Source: Octopus vulgaris (taxonomy: Eukaryota). Taken from it: 64,000 nt of DNA. Below, in pieces: positions 53,696-64,000 of the stretch (positions are counted from its first letter, which is position 1; every line of letters starts with the position of its first letter). Below the pieces are notes generated by a model. The model saw nothing but the letters and a program-made list of their open reading frames with translations. It was not told the origin of the DNA and searched no databases. The stretch lies in assembly GCA_951406725.2 (NCBI GenBank), contig OX597830.1, positions 77,004,001 to 77,068,000 of the forward strand, written 5' to 3'. The translations under genes and the position numbers were made by a program.

Positions 53696-54931
53696 ACTTT
53701 AAATCACCTCTAGTTTTTTTTTCTTTCTGAAGCCCTCCTGGTATTGTACGAAATTCTTCTTTGCGTTACATTTCATAACGACAACGATATGTGAGGTACT
53801 TTTTCGCATACATGTAAATGCAATCAACATCGCCGCCATGACCAACACAACTATCGTAACAATCCCCCACCATCAACAATTACATTAACCTGATTATTTC
53901 AATTACCTCTTTACGCACACGCACACAGCTCTCCATCTACACAAACACATCATTCTTCTTAGGTACACAAGCACATACACGCGCACGCAGATGCACACAC
54001 ACACAGATGCACACACGTGTCCACGCAAGTGAACGCACTAAGAAGCGTGACCAACATTCTCACAATGACCACCACTGCAAACACCACGACCATCATCACC
54101 ACCCAGACACCCCAACCACTGTCGCAACCATCACCCCCGTCTCCCAGCCGCCACAACCACTGCCACATATACCACTCCCGCCACTGCCACCGACACCATC
54201 ATCACAACCACTAACACCACCACCACAACAACCCTCACCCCAACCATCCCAAGCAATTCCACCATCACCAAGAACACCACCAACACCACCACCACCAACA
54301 ACAACAACAACAACAACTTGATTACCAAATCTCCCTTTTTTTACACACACGCACAAAAGACCTATACACAAACACGTACACAACCCTCTATCGTACACAC
54401 TCTTACGCACACACACACACACGCACATACACACGCACATGCAACCTCTAGAAACAGTGTGACCACTACTTCTACCTCAGTTACTATGCAATAAATCATT
54501 TCCAGTCATTTTCCTCCTCCTCCTCTTCCTCATCCCCAAACTACCTCCGCTCTTTCTCTATTACCTTCACTTCTTTTACCTCCACCTCTCTTCTCCGCTC
54601 TCCCCCATCACCTCACGCGCATTGCCCTCTCTTACAATCTCGAAGAACACAGAAATCCCTGATCCGACAGATAAATACTACTGCGTGGATTCCATCATAA
54701 GCGAGAGGAAACTAAACAAAAGAAGGTTCATTGATTGTCACACTAAAGAGACATCTGGCAAATCACACACACACACACACATGCATGCACGCATGCACGC
54801 ACGCACGTACGCACGCACGCACAAATATTCCTAGCGAGCAAAGCAAACCTCATCCATCTATCTACCGGTAGCATGTACTTAGATTGATCAAGTGACAGAG
54901 GCAGACATAGATATAGAAATAAACGGAATTA

Positions 54932-55002
<71 letters not shown>

Positions 55003-55310
55003 GGACGGAGACAGAGAGACATAGAGAGATATATAGAGAGATATAGAGAGATATATATAGAGAGGCATAGAGAAAGGTAGAAAGAGAGAGGGTGTAAGAG
55101 TGAATGAGTATGAGAGAAGTCGAAAGAGAGAGAGAGAGAGAGAGAGAGGAAGAAAGAGACAGGGAGGAAGTGAGAAAGAGAGAGAGAGAGAGGAAGAAAG
55201 AGACAGGGCGGAAGAGAGAAAGAGAGAGAAAGAGAAGCACAGACATACGCACAAAAATTAGTTACTGCTTATTCATTGGAAATGTGATTCTATATAATTT
55301 TGTGTATGTT

Positions 55311-55346
<36 letters not shown>

Positions 55347-55367
55347 TGTCTGTCTGTCTGTATACAC

Positions 55368-55398
<31 letters not shown>

Positions 55399-55479
55399 CA
55401 CACACACATTTCACTTAAGTATTGCATGACTAACAACCTGGTGTGCAACTCGATACGCGTGTTTCAGAACAAAGTATTA

Positions 55480-55700
55480 GATGAGTATCAAGCGATGAGT
55501 TTCGATTCCTGGACAGGGCGACGAGTTGTGTTCTTGAGCAAAACAGTTCATTTCACGTTGCTCCAGTCCATTCTGCTGGCAAAAAATGAGTAATTTGCGA
55601 CGGACCGGTGTCCAGTCCAAGTAGGAAAAATGTACGCCATGGATACCGGGAAATCCGGCCCTTATCAGTCGACTTTACTCGAGAAGGTATCTTTGCTTTT
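55480..55700 (+). mobile_element. SINE family S3
   Basis: Homology to 53437-53695. Confidence 0.7.
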
Positions 55701-56115
55701 ACTTTTTTGTATGTAGCGTTTACACGTGTAAACATTCAAATATCGTCACTTTCTTTCGAAATGCATCTGCATTTCACAGAATTTTGGTCCTCCAAGGATG
55801 TGTTGGTGTAAAAGTGAACTTTTCATTTTGGGCTGCAAATTTTAGTTTGAAATGGTTGACTTCTATGCCGAAAGACATGTTGCTTATGTCTTAAGAATTT
55901 ATATGCTTCAAGAGATCATGGAATAATTCGTTCTTTTGGAACGGTGAAATTCGATGAAGATAAAGAAATAAATATTGATAGTAGCGTATAAATATTGGGT
56001 TTAGAAATTCCATTTTAATAGAATATGTCGAAAGCTACTCGTGACACAAGAACCCACATATTCCTTATACACAGAAGACTTTCCACCATTGACCTGAAAA
56101 AGATAGCATGTATAC

Positions 56116-56163
<48 letters not shown>

Positions 56164-56164
<1 letters not shown>

Positions 56165-57507
56165 TAGCAGCATAGCCCGGCGTTGCTCGAGTATGTAAGA
56201 AACTTTGTCGATAAGCAATGCTCTTTACCTTTTTACCCTTTTTTGTACTCATTGAACCGTTATTTTGTAAAATGAAGCCTAAAAGGCATTAAGGCATTCA
56301 AGGCACCGTTCCCTTGCATGCATGAAGAAGTAAGGGAAAATCTATGTGAACTTTCATGTAAAATTATCGCAGTAAAAATCGGTTTGCTATAAGTGTATGC
56401 CACATATGATGTAATTAACGTATTAGATGTATTAGTTGGTGTGTGTATTAGTATGGCACATCATATGTGATGTGATGTGTAAAGTCATGTGGTGTAGTGA
56501 GGAGAAGAGGGGGAGGGGGAGAAGAGGGGGAGAGAAGGGGAGGGGAAGAAGAGGGGGAGGAGAAGGGGGAGAGGAGAGGATGGGGGAGAAGGAAGGGGAT
56601 GAGGGGGATGAAGGAGGAAAGAGGGAGAGGGGGGAGAGAGAAGGGGAGAGAGGGAGTGAGGGAGCAGAGGGAAGGGGAAGAGGGAGGGAGAAAGAGGGAA
56701 GAAGGGAAGGGGAGTAGGGATATATATACACTAGCAGCATAGCCCGGCGTTGCTGGAGTATGTAAGAAACTTTGTCGATAAGCAATGCTCTCTACCTTTT
56801 TACCCTTTTTTGTACTCATTGAACCGTTATTTTGTAAAATGAAGCCTAAAAGGCATTAAGGCATTCAAGGCACCGTTCCCTTGCATGCATGAAGAAGTAG
56901 GGAAAATCTATGTGAACTTTCAAAAAATATCGCAGAAAAATCGGTTTGCTATGTGTGCCACATATGATGTAATTAACCGATTTTGTCCAGTAATAACGTA
57001 TCCTATTGGAATCAAAAGGGCCATATAGCTCCTTGGAGCAGACATGATGCTCGCTGTGAACTTCAAAAAAAAATCATGCCAATTTGTTAAAGATATTGTC
57101 GAAAATATGTCATCTTGAATTTGAACGCGATTTCCCAAAATGGCATGATTTTATCGATGTTTTCTGATGGTAAGGTATTGCATGGACAATTAACGTAAGA
57201 ATTAAGTTCCTTAGAGTAACATTAAGCTTCACCATGAGTTTGGTGAAAATCGATTACAAGTTGCGAAAACTACAACGGAAAATGTGTTGCATGTGATAAG
57301 CTTAGATTCTCAACCCCATGTCGAATTTATCGATTTTTTTCAGAACTGGGGGAACTTTTCAAAATTTTCGCTGCGTTAGTTTTGAATTATGACATTGGGC
57401 TATGTGTGTGTCAAGTTTCATTAGAATAGGTTGAAAGCCATGGTCAGGGTGAGGGTACAACCTGACAGACACACAGACAGACAAACTGCCTTTTATATAT
57501 ATAGAGA
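56164..57507 (-). mobile_element. Non-autonomous Helitron C with duplicated 3' end
   Basis: A|TC start at 57507. The 5' ~200 bp are shared with Helitron A. Hairpin plus CTAG termini occur at both 56731 and 56164. Confidence 0.85.
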
Positions 57508-58355
57508 TATTTATGTGTGTGTGCATATGTGTTTGATTGTATGTGTATGTGATTGTATAAGTGTGTGTGTGCGTGTATGTGCGTGCGTGTGTGTGTATGT
57601 GTGTGTTTTGAAATATGTTTTTCATTAAGGGCTTTTCGTATTTCCTCATCAGTAATGCGGAAAAGTGTTGGAACTAACGGTTCCGAGAAAATCGATGTTA
57701 TGCCTGCACAGTTCCAAATAATTCATGATAAACGTTAAAATTTTGTTGAGCACGTTAGGTGAAAGATATCTGACTATGGCTAATTACGATGTTTCTTGTA
57801 TGTGTGTGCGAATGTATGTTTATGCGCACACACACACACACACCAACACACACCAACACACACACACCAACACACACCAACACACACACACACCAACACA
57901 CACACACACACAAACACATCATACACACATGGATATGAAAGGCAAAGAAAGACAAATTGGGAGATAGATAGATAGATTTAGGGAGAGGGAAAGAGAGAGA
58001 GAGATGGGAAGGAAGAGAGGCAGAAGAAGGGATAGAGGAAGGGTGAGAGGAAGAGAGAGAGAGAAGGTGGAGGAAGAGAGAGGAAAACGTGGGTTGAAGA
58101 GGAGTGGGGAGAAGGTAAAGGTCATGAAATCATGACATCAGGTCAGCCATGGCGCTTCTGGTTTGGAAGATTAATGGTAGTAGAAACAAAGAAACCCGAT
58201 CGAACATTGGTGAGATCGAATGTCTGAGAAGTGCTAGAAATGACAGTCAAAATTCTTATAGGGTCAGTCTTGCTCGGAATTAGCTTCGCTTGGGTTTTCT
58301 AAAACACACACACATACATACATGCATATATATATATATATATATATATTAGATA

Positions 58356-58740
58356 GGCGTAGGAGTGGCTGTGTGGTAAGTAGCTTGCTTACCAACCACA
58401 TGATTCAGGGGTTCAGTCCCACTGCGAGGCACCTTGGGCAAGTGCCTTCTATTATAGCCTTGGGCCGACCAAAGCCTTGTGAGTGAGCTTGGTAGACGGA
58501 AACTGAAAGAAGCTCGTCGTATATATGTATATATGTATGTGTGTGTCTGTGTTAGTCCCCACAACATCGCTTGACAACAGATGCTGGTGTGTTTACGTCT
58601 CCGTAACTTAGCGGTTTGGCAAAAGAGACCAAAAGAATAAGTACTAGGCTTACAAAGAATAAGTCCTGGGGTCGATTTGCTCGACTAAAAGCGGTGCTCC
58701 AGCATGGCCACTGTCAAATGACTGAAACAAGTAAAAGAGT
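58356..58740 (+). mobile_element. SINE family S1, full length
   Basis: Homology to 3988-4397. Confidence 0.85.
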
Positions 58741-58819
58741 ATATATATATATATGTACATATGTGTGTGTGTGAGTGAGTGCGTGCGTGTGTGTATGTAT
58801 GCATATATAGAAAAAGAGG

Positions 58820-58880
<61 letters not shown>

Positions 58881-59266
58881 GGGGGAACAGACTGACAGTG
58901 TATATCTTGTGTGAACAGCTTCATGTACGATTGCTATTGTTGAACTTAGACCAATACACCTGGAACAATTCGACGCAGAGTTTCTAGGCAGCCACACCAC
59001 TGAAACGTACGTAGGGAACTTGTATCTATCATAACTTCTCATGCGTACCTTATAACATACATACATACATACATACATGAGTGCATTCACACACACAAAC
59101 ATGCAGGCATGCATTTATACACATACACAAACACACGACATAAATACGCTCTTATATATTTTAACACTGTTCAAAGTAAATTTTCTTAGATTGGGTGTAC
59201 CGAGATATATGCAGATTTATAACAGACTTGAGTTTTAAGGCACTTTACAATCATTCTCATAAATGT

Positions 59267-59322
<56 letters not shown>

Positions 59323-59363
59323 TTGTTGTTGCTGTTGTTGTTGTTGTTTTCCTTCTTCTTCTT

Positions 59364-59441
<78 letters not shown>

Positions 59442-59968
59442 GAGTGAGAGAGCAGTTCATGCCATCAAAGTGACACTGGGGTAAAATATACGAAGCCCAA
59501 TATACCCATCATGACTACCCGTCTGATAAGGGCATACCAGGCACATGCATCACAACCATATGTGCGCGGCATGGTGATCTCATATCAAGATAAACTGCAC
59601 ATGACCTTGCAGGTGGGGCCCAGTTAGAATTTGCTTCAGGTTGAGTAGCCCATCCCGCTCAAACGGTCCCTGAATAAGGGTTGTTTAAGGATGTTGAAAA
59701 ACCCACCCATGTCTCCAGAGGTGAATTATTCAAACCCCAAAGAATCCCTCTCAACACATGGCTATGATGCTCCCCCACTACTTCTGTTCGTGATCAGAGA
59801 TGCACATATCGTCAGCCACTAAGGGACATGCTCAACTGGTTAAAGTCAAACAACTGACAAGCAAATCTGTGGTATTGAGCAGAATATTTGCTGTAGCCCA
59901 TCTTTTATACCAAGACAGAACAATGTACATGATAACACTCCCAATCAGTTAAGATCAGAAGCCATGAG
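59442..59968. mobile_element. (ATT)n-embedded element, copy 2
   Basis: Matches 2398-2922 and lacks the last ~27 bp. (ATT)n on both sides. Confidence 0.85.
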
Positions 59969-60032
59969 ATTATTATTATTATTATTATTATCATCATTAT
60001 TATTATCATTATTATTATTAGTATTATTATCA

Positions 60033-60111
<79 letters not shown>

Positions 60112-60125
60112 CATCATCATCATCA

Positions 60126-60180
<55 letters not shown>

Positions 60181-60192
60181 CATTATTATTAC

Positions 60193-60264
<72 letters not shown>

Positions 60265-60270
60265 CATTAA

Positions 60271-61390
60271 CGCGGTGAGCTGGCAGAATCGTTACAACAC
60301 TGGACGAAATGCTTAACGGTTTTTCGCCCGTCGCTACGTTCTGAGTTGAAATTCTGACGACATCGACATTGCATTTCCTCCTTTCAGGGTCGGTAAAATA
60401 AGTACAATTTAGACAATGGGGTCGTTGTAAACAGCTCACAGCCTCCCCAAAATGGCTGCCCTTGTGGCAAAATTTGAAACTATTCTTCTTCTTATTATTA
60501 TATTAAGACGGTGAGCTGGCAGAATCGTCATCACACCGGGCAAAATGTTTAGCGGTATTTCGCTCGTCGCTACGTTCTGAGTTCAAATTCATCCGAGGTC
60601 GACTTTGCATTTCATCCTTTCGAGGTTGATAAATTAAGTACCAGTGAAGTACTGGGGTTGATGTGATCGATTTACTCCCTCCTCCCAAATTTCAGGCCTT
60701 GTGCCATCGTAGAAAGGATTATTACTAGTATTAATATTACCAGGCTGCGAGTTGGCAGAATATTTGCCAAGCCAGGCAAAATGGTTAGCGGAATTTCTTC
60801 AGTCTTTACATTCTGAGTTCAACTTCCTTCGGTGCCGACTTTATCTTTCATCCTTTAGGAGTCGTTAAAAATAATTACCCATTGAACCCTGGGGTCGATG
60901 AAATCGATTCACCCCTCCCCTGAAATTGCTGGCCTTCTACCAAAATTTGAAACCATTGTCCAGGTGACGAGCTGGAACAATGGTTAGCGGGTCCGGCAAA
61001 ATGTTTAGTGGCATTCCTTCTGAGTAACTACGTTCTGAGTTCAAATCACGCTTGGTCAACTTAGCCTTTCATCCTTCTGAGATCGATAAATTAAATACCA
61101 GTCAATAAAGGCCTTGTGCCAGTATTTGAAATAAAGTCGGTGAGCTGGTAAAACAATTAGAGCACCGGAAATATTTCGTACCAGCATTTTTTTCCCTAGT
61201 TTTTCTTGATCAGAGTTCAAATATCAACGATGTCAGGTATGTCTTCTATTATTTCGAGGTCGATAAAATAAAGTATCAGCCAAGAGCTGGATTTGAAGTA
61301 AACGACTAACAGTTCCCCTCCTGGTCTCGCACCAAAATTAGGGGGAAATAATGAATATTATTGGGAATGTGAACGGCACCGGGCAAAAAT
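60271..61390 (+). repeat. Head-to-tail array of five or more S4 SINEs
   Basis: Heads at ~60271, 60508, 60742, 60963 and 61136, with a remnant at ~61360. Confidence 0.8.
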
Positions 61391-61667
61391 CGATGATGAT
61401 GATGATGATGATGTTCATGATGATGATCATGATGATGATCATAATCAAGATCATGATCATGATCGTGGTGGTGGTGATGATGATGATGATGATGATGATG
61501 GTGATGGTGGTCGTCGTCGTGGTGATGATGATGATGATGATGATGATGACGATGACGACGATGACAATGATGATGATGAGGACAACGATGACGTTGATGA
61601 CAATGACGACGATGATAATGATGATGATGACGACGAGGATGATGGCAACGACGACGACGACGATGAC

Positions 61668-61701
<34 letters not shown>

Positions 61702-61760
61702 ACGATGACGATGATGACGATAATGACGACAGAGACAACGACTTCAACGATGACTACGAC
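61391..61760. repeat. (GAT/GAC)n trinucleotide tract
   Basis: Directly visible. Confidence 0.95.
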
Positions 61761-62739
61761 AAAGAAGAAAAAAGAATCAGTAGTAAGAGGAAGAGGAGGA
61801 TGTGGAGGAGGAGGAGGAGGTGGAAGAGATGCAGTCACATAAGCAGCAGTAGTAGTAGTAGTCGTATTAGTGAAGAGGGAAAAAAAGAGTAGCAACAGCA
61901 ACTATCACAATAATAACCAATCCAACAACAACAACCACAATAAAAAGCAACATCACCAACAGCTCCACCATCACTATTTCTACCATCACCACCACCACCG
62001 TCCCAACAACAACAACAGCAGCAGCAGCAGCAGCAGTGACAATAAAAAAAGAACAAGAACAACAGTAAGGTTACAAAGGTGCAGAAGAGTGCAGAAGGTG
62101 AAGAAAAAGAATAAAGAATAAAGTATAAAGAATAAAGAATAATAAAGAAAATAAACGAAGAAGAGAATGCAGAAAGAGTCGAGTAAAGAAAGACACAGTG
62201 AAGAAGACGATGTGTGTTGGCGCGCAACTGTGTCATTAATCACAGTGAAATTATGCTCACACTTCTCGTTGTCAAAGAGGCTGCACCTATTTTGGGGATA
62301 GTGTGATGGCCGGAGTTCCCGTGAGTGGACACCGTGTCAGCTTTATTGTCAAAGCGTGTCTACTTTATTGTCAAAGCTACTGGTGCAGCTCAGTAACCCA
62401 GCTAATGGGCACCAAACCTGATTTAAAGAGGAATAAATAAATGAAGGAATATAGAAATAGATAAATAAATAAATATAAAAATATAAAAATAAATAAATGA
62501 ATACATGACTGAATAAATAAATAAATAAATAAATAAATAACAATAGTAAAAAAAAAAGCCGGAAGACTAAAGATGAAAAACGAGTTGTTTGTGTGTGTGT
62601 GTAGGGATATGCATGTAAATATGTATGTCACTATGTATGTGTAGGTGGAGACGCGTGTGGATGTGCAGGTGTATCTTAATGTGTGCATGTCAGTTGTTTC
62701 AGATTTCATTCGTTCAATATGTTCGAGGACATGCATTAG

Positions 62740-62800
<61 letters not shown>

Positions 62801-62907
62801 GTATATATATATATATATGTATATATATGTATATATGTATATATGTATATATATATGTATAATATATATAGACTTCAAAATTTGATACTGATTAGAATAT
62901 CGAAAAT

Positions 62908-62950
62908 CCACCTGAAGATTGTCGGAGCAGACATGAAACATTTGTAGTGG
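62908..62950 (+). ncRNA. Type I hammerhead-like motif in a ~165-bp insert between (TA)n tracts (62870-63035)
   Basis: CCAC-CTGAAGA-T-TGTC-GGAGCA-GACA-T-GAAA-C-ATTT-G-TA-GTGG. Stems I and III are intact, with a U-U mismatch at the base of stem II. Confidence 0.65.
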
Positions 62951-63031
62951 CGGTTTATTTAATTTATATTAAAATTTTATGTATTGATTAAGTCTTTCCT
63001 TGTTTGGTTTTAAAATAGTGGTTTTGTCTCG

Positions 63032-63089
<58 letters not shown>

Positions 63090-63269
63090 ACATACGTACA
63101 TATATGCATAAAAGGAGTAAATATTCAGATGTAAGTATTCATAAAGATATTACTATTATTATTATCTGCAGTAAATATAATATATTGATAATAACATAGA
63201 TGGTTACAGGTATTAAATAGCATATGATAGCTATAAAATTAAAATTAGCACGAAGCATAAGGATGCACT

Positions 63270-63377
63270 TGTTTATAAATAGGAGTCAAAACCCCAGTAA
63301 ATCACCGTTAGCACTGAAAATAAGACAGAGATTTTGACAGAGGTTTTGATAGGGGTTTTGACTCCTATTTCTAAACA
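63270..63377. repeat. 26-bp inverted repeat (1 mismatch) with 56-nt spacer
   Basis: TGTTTATAAATAGGAGTCAAAACCCC / GGGGTTTTGACTCCTATTTCTAAACA. Confidence 0.8.
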
Positions 63378-63390
63378 GGTTAGATGCTCA

Positions 63391-63440
<50 letters not shown>

Positions 63441-63472
63441 AGCACGTTATGAAAATAAAACTGCTGAATAAC

Positions 63473-63509
<37 letters not shown>

Positions 63510-63511
<2 letters not shown>

Positions 63512-63677
63512 CTTTTCTACTACAGGCGCATTTTGGGGGAGGAGCCAGTCGATTAGATGGACTCCAGTACGTAACTGGTACTTAAATTAATCGATCCCGA
63601 ATGGATGAAAAGTAAAGTCGACCTCACGGTATATGAATTCTGAATGTAGCGGTGGATTCTGAAAGCTCGCCGCCTTA
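63510..63677 (-). mobile_element. SINE family S4, deleted
   Basis: GGATGAAAAGTAAAGTCGACC and head AGCTCGCCGCC. Confidence 0.7.
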
Positions 63678-63696
63678 TTTAATAACAATGATGATA

Positions 63697-63740
<44 letters not shown>

Positions 63741-63747
63741 AATAATG

Positions 63748-63778
<31 letters not shown>

Positions 63779-63929
63779 TGATGATGATGATGATGATAAT
63801 GATGATGATGATGATTTCATTTATTTGCCGGTAGGTTGAAATGATAACGTAATATAAATAAAATGTTAAATATTTTCTTGCGTGACTTTTGGCTCACCCT
63901 GTACACTACTTTTTACTTTTTTTGTCTTT

Positions 63930-63960
63930 TACGAGGTGTTCTGAAAAGTTCTTGGCTTTG
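63930..63960 (+). mobile_element. Possible mariner TIR
   Basis: TA|CGAGGTGTTCTGAAAAGTTCTTGGCTTT resembles mariner-type TIRs. The window ends shortly after. Confidence 0.4.
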
Positions 63961-64000
63961 TGTGATAGAAATTGTTGTGATTTACTTTTAAGACTGCATG

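Overview
AT-rich, microsatellite-saturated animal genomic DNA, intergenic or deep intronic. The SINE families and the (TA)/(TACA)/(ATT) density suggest an octopus genome; this is recognition from memory, not a database match. No intact host protein-coding gene is supported, and almost all supplied ORFs are simple-repeat artefacts. The window is a mosaic of tRNA-derived SINEs (at least 4 head families with swapped tails), three chimeric non-autonomous Helitrons, decayed LINE fragments (CR1-like, R4/Dong-like, Hero-like, RTE-like) and decayed DNA transposons (Tc1, mariner, Merlin). The main signal is a set of type I hammerhead ribozyme (HHR) motifs in several unrelated short non-coding elements. 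The best case is a young ~1 kb retrozyme/Penelope-like insertion at 25498-26515, with a 595-bp period, apparently identical 242-bp direct repeats, an inverted 5' segment and an intact HHR with a long stem II. A tRNA-headed SINE with an HHR tail lies at 6721-7035. Also present are a ~550-bp element found twice and only inside (ATT)n tracts, a hidden ~74-bp diverged tandem array, and several long hairpins. All alignments and folds were done by eye. Coordinates of decayed repeats are approximate.
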